Source of the DNA: Octopus bimaculoides | Lineage: Eukaryota | Direction: 5' to 3' | Assembly: GCF_001194135.2 (NCBI RefSeq) | Contig: NC_068988.1 | Coordinates: 10,384,554 to 10,422,057, forward strand | DNA length: 37,504 bases | In this document: in pieces, positions 11,612 through 24,837 of the stretch | Position numbering within the stretch: the stretch's first letter is position 1 | Layout: every line of letters starts with the position of its first letter | Notes under the pieces: generated by a model | The model's input: the letters and a program-made list of their open reading frames with translations, nothing else | Databases searched by the model: none | What the model was told of the DNA's origin: nothing | Made by a program: the position numbers and the translations under genes

Positions 11612-11790
11612 ATTGCTTCTCAACTGTTGTTGGTGTGTTTGCGACCTCGTAACATAGCGGTTTGGCTAACGCATCCGATGGAATAAGTACGAAGCTTTAA
11701 AAAGTAGAACTGCCGTCAATGTATTCGACTAAAAATTCAATGGCGGCCGTCTAGTGACTGCAACGAGTAAAATGTAAAATGTAAATGATG
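11612..11790 (+). mobile_element. SINE family B body, copy 1 (follows a (GT)n tract)
   Basis: ctcaactgttgttggtgtgttt..cgtaacatagcggtttggc..gatggaataagtac..cgactaaa..gactgcaacgagtaaaatgtaaa; homologous to 11842-12030 and 13712-13878. Confidence 0.75.
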
Positions 11791-11841
11791 TGTGTGTTCA
11801 TGAGTATGTGTGTGTGTGTGTGTGTGTGTGTCTGCGTTTTT

Positions 11842-12030
11842 TTCTCCACCACTGCTTGATAACCGGTGTTGATGCTTTGCCGTAACTTAGTGGTTCGGCA
11901 AAAGCAACTGGTAGCTTAAGTGGCAGGCTCAGCAAAAATACTCATATACTGGGGTCGACTCATTCCACCAAACGTTCTTCAAGGTGGTGCACCAGCGTTT
12001 CTATACTCTAATGACTGAAGCTCTTAAAAG
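11842..12030 (+). mobile_element. SINE family B body, copy 2 (follows a (GT)n tract)
   Basis: gcttgataaccggtgttg..cgtaacttagtggttcggcaaaagc..ctggggtcgact..ggtggtgcaccagc..aatgactgaa. Confidence 0.78.
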
Positions 12031-12085
12031 ATAGCATAATTTAGGACATCCTAACAGAGTAACGATGATTTCGCAAATATGAATG

Positions 12086-12464
12086 TGGCACTCCGTCGGT
12101 TGCAACGACGAGGGTTCCAGATGATCCGATCAACGAAACGGCCTCCTCGTGAAATTAACGTGCAAGTGACTGAGCACTCCACAGACATGTGTACTCTAAA
12201 TGTAGTTGTCAGGGAGACTCAGCGTGACACAGATTGTAACAATGCTGGCCCTTTGAAATACACGTACAAGAGAAAAAAGGAAGAGTGAGAAGAAAGCTGC
12301 AGTAAAATAGTACAGTAGGGTTCACCACCACCCACTGATGGAGCCTAGTGGAGCCTTAGTTGCTTTCGCTCAATTAACAAACACAACGCCTGGTCTGCGA
12401 ATCGAAACCACGATCCTACAACCACGAGTCCACTGCCCGAACCACTGGGCCATTGCACCTCCAC
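12086..12464 (-). mobile_element. SINE family C: full-length tRNA-derived SINE with RTE-like 3' tail
   Basis: The minus strand starts gtggaggtgcaatggcccagtggttcgggcagtggactcg (A box) ..ggtttcgattcgc (B box) and ends ggaaccctcgtcgttgcaaccgacggagtgcca. Its 3' ~180 bp is shared with 26890-27066. Confidence 0.9.
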
Positions 12465-13145
12465 AAATGTGGATGTAAGAAAGTACAAAAGAAAGTGTAT
12501 CTCCATAAGTGAGTTAATTAAGTGAGTTATTGTATGGGAAGAATAATGAGAAAAGCGAGAACGGAATGGAGGATAAGACGAGGAAGATAACGTACTTATC
12601 GTGTTCACATCGGACCAAGTGCAATCAATTACAGTTATTAATAATTTCATATCGCTAATTTAATTTCAGTGGATATGATTATACTTTCTGATTACATATA
12701 AATAACAAACAAATGCGAATATAGATGAAGGTGAATTCGCCAGACTTATACATATACAATAAATATATAAGTATAACGTATTCACATTCAAATGTATATG
12801 TCTGTATATGTGTGGGGGCTTAAGAGTATGTGGTGTATATACGTGTATGTATATATACGTGTGCGTATGTGTTTGCATTTATATATATATATGTATATAT
12901 ANNNNNNNNNNNNNNNNNNNNNNNNNNNNNNNNNNNNNNNNNNNNNNNNNNNNNNNNNNNNNNNNNNNNNNNNNNNNNNNNNNNNNNNNNNNNNNNNNNN
13001 NNNNNNNNNNNNNNNNNNNNNNNNNNNNNNNNNNNNNNNNNNNNNNNNNNNNNNNNNNNNNNNNNNNNNNNNNNNNNNNNNNNNNNNNNNNNNNNNNNNN
13101 NNNNNNNNNNNNNNNNNNNNNNNNNNNNNNNNNNNNNNNNNNNNN

Positions 13146-13190
<45 letters not shown>

Positions 13191-13711
13191 TATATATACA
13201 AATGTATATGTATATACACACATACACGTATGTATATATCCATCCATGTGTGTATGTGTGTGTGCGCGGGCGGGTGTGTGTAGTATTAATGTAAATGAGT
13301 CTAATGATTGAGTTTTATACACTTACATCATTCATATCAATTCAGGAGGTATTTGCCGGTTTTATGAATTCGTCTTTGTAATATTTCAATGACTGCGTAT
13401 CAAAGGTCATTATTGAAATTCTTATCACTTCAATCATCCTCCCTATGTTATTAGTGTTCAGAAGTAAAAATTTTGTAGTTACTACTTCCTTAGCAATCAG
13501 TCATTCCTGAGGTCATTTATAAATGCCATGATACTTTAAAAAAACATAAAGCGGAAAACAATACAAAACCGTCTTGTCTACGAGTGGTAATTTTAGTTCC
13601 ATTTGATTTGATTTTTTTTTGTTTGTTTGTCTTCAGTCTTTATTCATACTTCAGATTATTTGAATTGATTTATAGCTTCTATAAATTAAACAATATTGAA
13701 TGTATTCTTTT

Positions 13712-13878
13712 ACTTGTTTCAGTGATTTGACTGCGGCCATGCTGCAGCATCTCCTTTAGTCGAACGAATCGACCCCAGGACTTATTATTTTGTAAGCCTA
13801 GTACTTATTCTATCGGTCTCTTTTGCCGAACCGCTATGTTACGGGGACGTAAACACACCAGCATAGGTTGTCAAGCGA
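13712..13878 (-). mobile_element. SINE family B copy, truncated by a gap
   Basis: The reverse complement reads cgcttgacaacctatgctggtgtgtttacgtccccgtaacatagcggttcggcaaaagagaccgatagaataagtactaggcttac..cctggggtcgattcgttcgactaaagg..gcatggccgcagtcaaatcactgaaacaagta. Confidence 0.9.
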
Positions 13879-14288
13879 NNNNNNNNNNNNNNNNNNNNNN
13901 NNNNNNNNNNNNNNNNNNNNNNNNNNNNNNNNNNNNNNNNNNNNNNNNNNNNNNNNNNNNNNNNNNNNNNNNNNNNNNNNNNNNNNNNNNNNNNNNNNNN
14001 NNNNNNNNNNNNNNNNNNNNNNNNNNNNNNNNNNNNNNNNNNNNNNNNNNNNNNNNNNNNNNNNNNNNNNNNNNNNNNNNNNNNNNNNNNNNNNNNNNNN
14101 NNNNNNNNNNNNNNNNNNNNNNNNNNNNNNNNNNNNNNNNNNNNNNNNNNNNNNNNNNNNNNNNNNNNNNNNNNNNNNNNNNNNNNNNNNNNNNNNNNNN
14201 NNNNNNNNNNNNNNNNNNNNNNNNNNNNNNNNNNNNNNNNNNCAGTAAGTTTGTATTAAAAGAGAAATATATATGTGTTTATGTGTGC

Positions 14289-14370
<82 letters not shown>

Positions 14371-14769
14371 GTGGGTGTGTACATGTTTCTACATGTACAT
14401 ATGTATGTATAAATCATGAATATGCATATATATCTACTTGCCTGTATAGAATGTAAATAAGTAACAAGGATGTCCAGTATCAATACATTCCGGCCGTTTC
14501 GAGTGACTCCATTTAATCGTTCAATGAAAACAGTACATCAATATGAAAGAAACAGCTCTATTCAGACGTAGATGACCATATAGATAAACCATCTTTAACA
14601 AATTTATATCAATACGAGAAACCAAAGTAATTACATTGTTTCCTTATTTTATATTCGTGGTATAATGAGTTTTAAAAAAATGCGTATCTTATTTGCTATA
14701 TATATATTTAAAAACGGATAAGACTCACTTGTCTGGTAGTTCTAATCAATTTCAGTTTGTAATATAATT

Positions 14770-15400
14770 TTACAGCTTGTTGTGTAGATCTAGTATGTGC
14801 TTTGTTAATTTCGGTGGGGAATCTTTTTTAAAGATTCTTAATTAACATTTGTGGACGACTTTCTTGCATTCGTCAGTGGCAATTGTCATATGATCTCAGG
14901 TTGTGTTGTTCTCTATGATTCTATAAATAAGGAATTTGGGTGTGTCTCAGGTGGGATTAGGGTTTGTTGGTATATGTGGGAAGGAAGGAATGTTGATGAA
15001 CAAGAACTGAAAGAAAATAGGTAGTGGGGTGTTTCAGCAATATTTTTAAGTAGGGTGTGTGCAAGTAATCTCCTGCTAGTTCCATTTTGGATAGTTGACT
15101 TCGGTGAAAAATATAATGGTCAGACATTTTTGAAGTCCTTTTCTTATAGCTAAATCAATTATTTTAATTTCGTAAAGAAAAACTTCAGTAATTTTCTTTG
15201 TTACAGATGAGCTTAGGTCTGTATAAATGGGAGAGGGTTAATGAGGTGTAAGATACACGTCTTTTAATAAAGAAGGGTATGGTAGCAGAGAAAAAAAAAA
15301 CAATAAGGTTAGTTTTCGAATGTTTGTTGATAGAAATGTAAGTGGTATATTAGTTTAAAAGGGATGGTGTAGGAGATCATACTAGCTCACATATTTCTGC
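14770..15400 (-). mobile_element. Heavily decayed retroelement-like remnant (LINE or Penelope-like; class uncertain)
   Basis: Strong C/A skew on the minus strand and interrupted frames; no diagnostic catalytic motif is recognisable. Confidence 0.3.
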
Positions 15401-16345
15401 ACCTGCATATAAACATGAGTGACTTAACGAAGCATTCAGATGATCATTTCAATTTGCAGTATCTCTATAGGAAAACCTGAATTTTGTAACGTCTTGCATC
15501 ATGTTTATCAAGCAACGATACTCATACATCAATGACGTTTTTACTATACGGCTATTATATGTAGAAGAGATGGTCCACTTTAACCGTCGTAACGGTATCT
15601 CATGAGCTCATAGGACAAAACGTCATTTGACAAACCATGATTAAAATTCACTTCACGTCTCTGAAAGCAATAAACCTTTAACAGTATAAAATCTCTCATT
15701 TTACTAAATTTAAGCTACAAGTCAAATTATTATATAATAAATCAGATAAGGAACTCACTTTCTGTTGCATGTTGTTTACAAGTAAATTATTGGAACTGAC
15801 ATTGTGTTCTACTTATGATGTCATTTTACTAATGAACCCATCCACTCCGGAGTAATTATTAACGTTTAATTGACGCGCCTTTCATAATGACATTGTATGC
15901 AGTCAGTTTCAAAGTTAACTACTGTTGACTACATGAATATTGATCGATATCAATGTCATTTTCAACAATACAGTTACTTGATGCACTTATTAGATCGTTA
16001 GGCAGAGAGGAAAAGAAGAATCTGGATACAATTTGCGAGTTAGCTAAATTGAAACTGTTGATTTAATTGATATACTGTAGCTTAAAACTATCTGACACTT
16101 ATTGAAGAATTGGCAAATATTAAGAGATATTTCAATATGTATATATATATATGTGTANNNNNNNNNNNNNNNNNNNNNNNNNNNNNNNNNNNNNNNNNNN
16201 NNNNNNNNNNNNNNNNNNNNNNNNNNNNNNNNNNNNNNNNNNNNNNNNNNNNNNNNNNNNNNNNNNNNNNNNNNNNNNNNNNNNNNNNNNNNNNNNNNNN
16301 NNNNNNNNNNNNNNNNNNNNNNNNNNNNNNNNNNNNNNNNNNNNN

Positions 16346-16378
<33 letters not shown>

Positions 16379-16897
16379 CATTCATGTGTTTTAACTAGAG
16401 TATTAAATCAGTTTAGCTATTATTTCTCGCAATGTAGGTGTTTCCTAAAACTGTAGTAACATTTAGTGACATTTATAATTCTCATTTTTCGTGAAATATT
16501 GCAAACTGCTGTCTATATTAATTTTATATATACACATTAGTAAATCGGTAAATCATCCAATAATTTGGACTACGAAAACATAAATACTAATGGTAGAGCG
16601 AGTCTGGAAAGTACCGAACAATCAAGCAGTCCTCAATGATGAAGCAACGAAAATTGCCGAAGCTGTCATCAGCATTATGAATTCTCGATCGGTAATATTT
16701 GGGTGATTATGGTTCCTCTTACTATATGTTTTCATTTATGTCCGTTAAATACATCATTAGAGCGGTTAAGCTCATTCTTGTACCAATATAATTGTTTCCT
16801 AACACCCCAGTCACATTAAATGACAATCATAACTCGTCGTTTTGGTGAAATATTAAAATCATCCGTTTAAATTATATAGAGATAGATAGATAGATAG

Positions 16898-16931
<34 letters not shown>

Positions 16932-17405
16932 ATAAATAAATGTAAAGTTAAAAACCCACTTAGGTCATGAATTACCATGTTATTTGCACCTACAAGATTA
17001 CTCTCCGAGAAGGTTACACATGTCCTAGAAAAGGTTATTTATGAAAGACCAGTAGTCGCTCATCTATACTGCTCCTCTGCTCTCCTCGCCAAAGGAGGAC
17101 AAACGCCAATACGTTTTGGCACCATTTATATGTGTGTTTGTGTAGGTGTATATATATATATATATATATATATTCTGTCGCATATTTCAAAGTAAACATA
17201 GATAGAAGCAGGCGTATTGTAATGGAAATCCAGTCTCTACCAACCATTAATTTATGTATAAGAAACTGAATTATACGTTGTAATTGAAAAGAGCATTCTT
17301 GCACATTATCGATCATTATATCGTACATGTCAATGTTGAGGAGATAAGAATGATAAGTTGACACTTATGGCTGACACATCATTGACCCACCTGCTATGAA
17401 CTTAC

Positions 17406-17480
17406 CGCTGGCTTGAGGCTCAGTGAAGAAGCATCTCACATGAAATAAACTAAACCAAACGGGCCGTGTGGACATTGAGT
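17406..17480 (-). other. Candidate 75-nt exon with near-consensus splice sites
   Basis: aattaattttcag|ACTCAATG...CCAGCG|gtaagtt. Open in phase 1 (SMSTRPVWFSLFHVRCFFTEPQAS); the other two frames contain a stop. Confidence 0.3.
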
Positions 17481-17733
17481 CTGAAAATTAATTGCATTAG
17501 GAAATCCTAAATGCCTTACTTAGGAGCAAATAACTGACGTCAAAATTAAGTTCTCCAAATATACATATCATACATTATATACAGTGTTACAAAAATCGAT
17601 GTGCATTTACATATTTAGGTATTAGAATTTATACAGTGAAATCTCTATATAAAAGCAGTTTATAGGCTTCATATTAGCTTCGAAAACAGAATTTCAATGA
17701 AGATGTTAGAGCGTGGTGCTACACACACACACA

Positions 17734-17778
<45 letters not shown>

Positions 17779-18675
17779 NNNNNNNNNNNNNNNNNNNNNN
17801 NNNNNNNNNNNNNNNNNNNNNNNNNNNNNNNNNNNNNNNNNNNNNNNNNNNNNNNNNNNNNNNNNNNNNNNNNNNNNNNNNNNNNNNNNNNNNNNNNNNN
17901 NNNNNNNNNNNNNNNNNNNNNNNNNNNNNNNNNNNNNNNNNNNNNNNNNNNNNNNNNNNNNNNNNNNNNNNNNNNNNNNNNNNNNNNNNNNNNNNNNNNN
18001 NNNNNNNNNNNNNNNNNNNNNNNNNNNNNNNNNNNNNNNNNNNNNNNNNNNNNNNNNNNNNNNNNNNNNNNNNNNNNNNNNNNNNNNNNNNNNNNNNNNN
18101 NNNNNNNNNNNNNNNNNNNNNNNNNNNNNNNNNNNNNNNNNNNNNNNNNNNNNNNNNNNNNNNNNNNNNNNNNNNNNNNNNNNNNNNNNNNNNNNNNNNN
18201 NNNNNNNNNNNNNNNNNNNNNNNNNNNNNNNNNNNNNNNNNNNNNNNNNNNNNNNNNNNNNNNNNNNNNNNNNNNNNNNNNNNNNNNNNNNNNNNNNNNN
18301 NNNNNNNNNNNNNNNNNNNNNNNNNNNNNNNNNNNNNNNNNNNNNNNNNNNNNNNNNNNNNNNNNNNNNNNNNNNNNNNNNNNNNNNNNNNNNNNNNNNN
18401 NNNNNNNNNNNNNNNNNNNNNNNNNNNNNNNNNNNNNNNNNNNNNNNNNNNNNNNNNNNNNNNNNNNNNNNNNNNNNNNNNNNNNNNNNNNNNNNNNNNN
18501 NNNNNNNNNNNNNNNNNNNNNNNNNNNNNNNNNNNNNNNNNNNNNNNNNNNNNNNNNNNNNNNNNNNNNNNNNNNNNNNNNNNNNNNNNNNNNNNNNNNN
18601 NNNNNNNNNNNNNNNNNNNNNNNNNNNNNNNNNNNNNNNNNNNNNNNNNNNNNNNNNNNNNNNNNNNNNNNNNNN

Positions 18676-18710
<35 letters not shown>

Positions 18711-19311
18711 GTGAATTTAGTTATATATATATAATTACACACACACGCATGTATGTGCGAGTGTACTTGTATGGACTGCTCGCCGTTCGAAATAACTGTT
18801 GGTCTGCTTTCTACAATTATTAGTGCATTTCGGCAAAGGCAGACTTTGACAATCAGAATACGTACTGAAGTCATGTTCAAGTAGGTGCTTCCAATAGCTG
18901 AAATAATTTAAAATAATTAAGTGAAATGAATTAAAGGAAATAATAGAATAAACCTCAGAAGAATGTTTAAAAACATGATACACCTATTGAATTAATATAA
19001 ATCTATAAATTTTACTTCGAATATATTTTATGGAGACGTATAAGGACCACTAATCACTCAACAAACCTACACTTTACAGATGATTTCCGGGTTACTTAAT
19101 GTGATCAAAGTAGAAAATGCTAATCTATTGTGAAACTTATTTCAAGTATCTCATAATGGCATCAGGGTTTGTACAAATCTAAAGTATCCAAGATGAAAAT
19201 GAACCATTCTCTCATAAACGTATTTAAAAACACAATAAATTATTTCTACTATCCTATTGAAAGATTAATTAAATTTGCATAATGTCTTCATAATGGTCCT
19301 AGATCTCTTCT

Positions 19312-19429
19312 CCCATCTACCCATCTACCCATCTATCTATCTACCTATCTATCTGTCTGTATGTCCGTATATATGTCTATCTATGTGTCTGCCAGTCACT
19401 CTGCCTGTCTGTCTGTCTATCTGTCTGTC

Positions 19430-19484
<55 letters not shown>

Positions 19485-19558
19485 GTCTATCTATCTATCT
19501 ACCTACCAAAGTAATTAAATATATAATTATTTATCTCTTTCTCAGTGTGTGTGTGTGT

Positions 19559-19596
<38 letters not shown>
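19312..19596. repeat. (CTAT)n/(CTGT)n array followed by (GT)n and (AGAT)n
   Basis: Seen directly. Confidence 0.95.
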
Positions 19597-19799
19597 GATT
19601 TGTGCAATGCCCAACATTCTTTAATGAATGTAATTTGCAATAGTTTGCCATAATTTTTCGTAATTATTATTTTTTATGTTTGTTTTAGAGAAATGTAAAT
19701 TATACTTTTGTTTTTAATGTATTTAATGTAGACTTAAAAGAAGAACCATTATAATAAATATTTTAAATTATTATCAAAATACACATAAATATTACCTTC

Positions 19800-20130
19800 A
19801 TTATAGGCATTATGGTAAACATTGCTGTCATCACCAAACACATAATTGTCAACAATGTTATTATAAACGTTAATGTTAACAGGCCAATTATCGAAGTCTA
19901 TAGACAGTCTATACAACCTAAAAACGTTTCAAAAGACGTGTGGAGGAAAATTCAGAATAATTATCGTCGTCGTTACTACTATCAGTATGATTATTATCGT
20001 TTATAACATTACCATCATCATCGCCATCTACCTACTCTTTATAACCGTCGTCCTCTTCATCTTCCATATCTTCAAACTCGTTCTTCTTCACATCATCATT
20101 GTCTTCGTCTTTATTGTGACTAAAAACACG
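19800..20130. repeat. Degenerate (ATC/ATT/GTC)n-derived low-complexity tract
   Basis: Recurrent catcatc/attatc/cgtcgtc triplets; explains the Ile/Val-rich ORF 19873..20190. Confidence 0.65.
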
Positions 20131-22483
20131 GTGATCGCCTTTACTCTCATATTTAACATTCCGAAATCCCTTCCTTTGGTATGTCTCTAACAGCAACGTT
20201 CACAGAAACTCAATACTGGCAAGGACACACAATTGGTTGATCATTAACCTGTCCGTGCATTTACCGTGTTAGAAATATCGGAAAAATATTACTCATATCA
20301 TATCATACAGCCCAAGATCAGAACGTGTCCCTTCCCATAACGTGTGCTTAATTACACACCATCAGGTAATTGATGAGATGATCAATACTTAGTCATAAGT
20401 GACCCTATTCAATGCGAACTGGGGCTAAACATCATCAGAAGTAAGACCAACAAATATAATGAAGGTCAACATTATTATCATCCTCATTTTTAAGGCGCCA
20501 TCACTGTAATTAGTGGCATTACAATCATAATCGCCTCGGTTATTATTTTCTACGCTCTTAAGAATCATTCCCTAAACATTTAAAAGCTCTGTAAGTCTGT
20601 CAACTATTTTTATGCAGCGAAGCTCTCAAGGTGAGTTGCAACAAATTCAATAGCAACGATCTAAAGATATTGATCACGAAAATATAATTAACCTTTCGAG
20701 TCAGACGACATTATTATATTATTAGTTGTATAAGATGCCCATTGTAGTCATGGTGACATGATATAATGTTTCCTTTTATTGGCCACAGGACCAAATTTAT
20801 TTCAATAGTAATGATTTTACCACATCCGTGTTTCGTTTTCTTCGTAGTATAGATATAACAGAATATCATCTTGTTTTTAATCATATTCTAATACGCTTCC
20901 CATGGTTTCATCCATCAGACAACGCTCAGTTTACAAAAGCACTAGAAACACTTCTTTATATTAACTTGTTAATACTTGTTATATTCAATGCAAACAAGGA
21001 CATAAAAACAACTGATTATCACTGAAATGTTTTACAAGGGAAGAATATATGCACATTTTATCATCAATTATGACTGTTAGTGTTTTTACAACGAAGTCTG
21101 AAATATGAGACAAGTGTTATTCCAGCAAACGCATTTTGGCTCCCTGTTACAGTTCCAGAATAATGTGAGTGGTTATAATCCACATAAATTCCCAAATTTT
21201 ATATTAATTTTCGTTCCTCTACTCATCTGTTATACACTTGTTTCGTCACATTGGAAAGCGCGTTCTTCAGGACTTTGAGATTTACGTTCGATAACTCATG
21301 ATACAAATTATTTTCAAAACAAAAGATTTCTTGGACAGTTCAATGAAAATGATATATCGTTGATTTTCAGCATATCACTCTCAAATAAATTGTAGTTAGC
21401 GGCATAATCACTATTTTCTGTTTGCATCTGTTTTATGCCGATTAAACAGTGCATCCCGCTCTTAACAAAACATCGTAACAAACTTTGTTTCACACACGTC
21501 CAGGATTATCTGACTGTATCTACGTTTAGTATGTTCATCATACCTTTTTCCAATACCATCTCCATAGTATTTTCAACTATGCATCGAATTAGAGACGAAG
21601 TATCTGACCTAGAAATAATTCTATATGACTAATATGGAAGGGCCTCCGAAAGTAGCCAGTAATGTCTCTTATTTTTTACTATACCATGCGATTTCATATA
21701 AATGACTTTGTAAATATAATCAAAACACTTTTCTATTTTTGATAGAGAATTGCATACAGAATCTATGGATGGGTACACATAAGTATATACTTGCAAACTG
21801 AACGATTCCTTCAAATGTAGAAATATAAATACATACTTTCAGGAAATTATATAGTAGACGAATGATGGGTGACAAGAAAAATGAAAGTTAAAACTTACAC
21901 AGGGACACAATGTATGCATGTGAAGGTTGTGTTATGTTTTGAGTATGTATTTGTGAGAGAGAATAGTTCAGTGAGTTTAAGTTTAAATAGTTTAGAATGG
22001 CCATGTATAAAGGAAATGTCGCAAAGTATAAAAAGAAACCAGTTATTTGAAAAGATATTTCTATACAGAAAATTATTTCATTCAATGAACGTTTCCTACT
22101 TGGTCTATATCTGAATTGCGCAGAACAATTACTGTTATGTTGAATGGTTGTACAGACAGGGAATCCTAGTTCTGGCAACTACTTTTCTCTGAGATTGAAA
22201 TATAATTACGTGCATTTCTGCAAGAGATATATATAGCAATAAATATATAGTTCAAAACTCTGAAATTATTTTAGAAAATTGCAGGTATTTTTGACTAATT
22301 TTTAAGGCATAGAAACGGAAAGCAGCGAAATGGATTAATGCTGCTTCGTTGCATTATTCTAATAATAGGGAAATATATGAATTCTAAAGACGTTCGTTTC
22401 CCTACCGTGCAGTTCTAAATTTTGGTTCTAACGTTCAACGAATTCAAAGTAGAGTATACTCTCTTGGTATTATTTAGCCTTAG

Positions 22484-22582
22484 GTCAGATCTATGATGAA
22501 ATGCATGCAAATCATGTTCTCTCATCACATCTTCTCTATAAGTTACTCATTATGGGCATCATAAAAATCATTAGGTTAGCAG
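22484..22582 (+). other. Candidate 99-nt symmetric phase-1 exon (QIYDEMHANHVLSSHLLYKLLIMGIIKIIRLA)
   Basis: tattatttagccttag|GTCAG...TTAGCAG|gtaagc; open frame, length divisible by 3. Confidence 0.25.
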
Positions 22583-23951
22583 GTAAGCCGGAAATAGAGC
22601 CATTTTCTTTCTATATAAATCACGAGATCATCCGATATATATTTAGGTTAATTTTCACTCCCTACAAAACGTTGCATTTCATTCGTTTCTACAATTGCCA
22701 GAAGCTGTCCAAGACTGAGATTAAGGAGAGTATCGAAGACAATAATAGAGATTATACAAAATAACATACTTTAGTTGTTTCATTTTAAGAATTAAAATGT
22801 TAGAGTTAGACTTTTAAACCGGAAACACATATTCTAATAAACATAATGCTTCTCAATAATTTTTCGAGACATTTTTCTTTCCAAAAGATTTTCTTCTTTA
22901 TTATAAAAGCTACAAATTATGACTGCACGCCAGCAGTTGATGTTTTGATTGAAAACGGAGACTTCCAAATGTGTTTTGTCATTATATTTAATGAAGTTTC
23001 AAAATAATATTGAATTGAAATATTTTTAATATTTTTAAAACATTTATACAACTGTTTGTGGAATTTTTATATTACATGATTTTACTAATGGAAAACCCAG
23101 GACTCCAATTAAACCCGAAAATATTATTGGCCAACTTTCAACTCCATAGTTATTGAACTGTTATTACTAGAAGCATGAAACTGCGAAAACTTTTTTCTAA
23201 AAAAAATATATAATCTATTACAAAACAAATATGTTTAATAAATGTATTATTCTTTTAATATAATCATGACGCTGTTTTATGATACTTTCAATTATTGCAG
23301 ATAAGCATATCATAATGTGACTGGCTTCCAGCGGTTAGATAGAAAAATATGTACTAAGCTTCGGAACATGTTTAAATATTTCAGATTCGAAGATCATATC
23401 AACAATGTAAAATTGAAAATGTAAATATTGACATGTCTTTAACAACATAGAGTTCGTGTTGTATCTATTTTATTTCACATTTCCAGACAAATGAGCATGC
23501 AGAGAATTTGTAGCAATAACAATTAAATTACATACTGATTTGTCAATATTATATGCATTCGAATATTAAGATTACATTTTGGAGGGATTATATTTTGTTT
23601 CATTTAGAAGAGGAAATCAATATTATGCGTTCATTATAAACGAAACACAGAAGTGAAGATAAATTTTAGTGTGATACATTAAAGAAATGTGCGTACATGC
23701 TACAAGTTTGACACCTAAACGCGATTGGTACTAATCAATTAATTACCTATCTTTATATCATTTATTATGACGCTAAAGTGTATTGAAACTGAATGTTATC
23801 AAATGGCAAAAGATGGAAGTGAAGCAAACGGAAAGTGAGCGAAATGAAGGTCAAAAAATAAAATAGTGAGAGTTAGAGAAATAGAAGGTAAGTGGCTTTG
23901 ATTGAGTGACACGTTAGCAGTCGGACTATAATATACAAATTTTAAAGATGA

Positions 23952-24097
23952 TGAACTGGCAGAAACGTTAGCACGCCGGGTGAAATGCTTGGCGGTATTT
24001 CGTCTGCCGTTATGTTCTGAATTCAAAATTCCACCGAGGTCGACTTTGCATTTTTATACTTTCGGGTTCGATTAAATAAGTACCAGTTACGCATTGG
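23952..24097 (+). mobile_element. SINE family A copy
   Basis: gaactggcagaaacgttagcacgccgggtgaaatgcttggcggtatttcgtctgccgttatgttctgaattcaaaattccaccgaggtcgactttgc..ttcgggttcgattaaataagtaccagttacgcattgg. Confidence 0.92.
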
Positions 24098-24184
24098 CAT
24101 CTATGGATACTTGTAGCTCGCTGTTAGAATTTTTTTTCTTTTTCAACAATCTGATCTGTATATGAAAATAATAATTTTTATTAT

Positions 24185-24757
24185 AAATGCTGAAACGGAT
24201 GGATCAATTCTTGCTGCACAATGTCTGATTACAAGTAATTATAGAAACAAAATAATGAAAAGAGGCACCAACACGAGCTACAGTTTGTGCAACCAGTACA
24301 ATGATACTGTTGACGGTATCAACGCGAGCTGTCCATTAGTCTCCGTTTTCAATCAAAACATCAACTGCTGGCGTGCAGTCATACTTTGTAGCTTTTATAT
24401 TAAAGAAGAAAAAGAACATGTATGATAATCAACATAGCCTGTCCCGGCGACACCAGAGAGAAGAGGAAAAAATAAACAGCTATGACGATTTAAAGTGGGA
24501 AATACAAAGGTTGTGGTCAATGAAGAGAGTAAACTGGATACCAATAGTTTTTGGTACCCTTGGAAGTATCAGCACTCAACTACCAACATGGCTGAAAAAT
24601 ATTGGCGCAAGTATGTAGGTAGAAGACCTACAAAAATCAAAATTGCTTCGTAGGGTTCTTCAAGTATGGCCAGTAAACAAATGACACCTAAGTCTGCTGG
24701 CGTTGAAAAGCTGACACTGTTCCTTATATGCATCAAAATAAGCTGTGAGTTTCCATA
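24185..24757 (+). mobile_element. R4/Dong-type non-LTR retrotransposon 3' fragment (CCHC finger and RLE endonuclease remnants), internally deleted and frameshifted
   Basis: AETDGSILAAQ..ITSNYRNKIMKRG..SLCNQYNDTVDGINASCP, then TCMIINIACPGD[fs]EEKINSYDDLKWEIQRLWSMKRV..IPIVFGTLGSI..LPTWLKNIG..*VEDLQKSKLLRRVL. This follows the ETEG..AAQDQ / CRxC..ETxxHIxxxC / IIDIAxPGD / KExEKIxKY / PxVxGALG / LQKxxLL..R motif order of R4-clade elements. Confidence 0.85.
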
Positions 24758-24801
24758 CAATAATAATAATAATGATAATAATAATGATAATAATAATAAT
24801 A

Positions 24802-24837
<36 letters not shown>

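Noticed and set aside
12079-12650. ORFs 12079..12288 and 12345..12650
   Set aside because: They lie in or start from SINE-C sequence; incidental.
13345-13365. 17/19-nt match (minus strand, EFIKPA) to 5050-5068 (EIIKPA)
   Set aside because: The similarity does not extend in either direction; likely chance.
14495-14525. gagtcactcgaaacgg on the minus strand as a second hammerhead
   Set aside because: There is no CUGANGA-like core or NUH cleavage triplet.
4398-16583. Idea that in-frame stops (TAG 4398, TAA 16581) are rescued to Trp by cephalopod A-to-I editing
   Set aside because: The 4.3-5.7 kb tract also needs several frameshifts, which editing cannot fix, and nothing in the sequence supports it.
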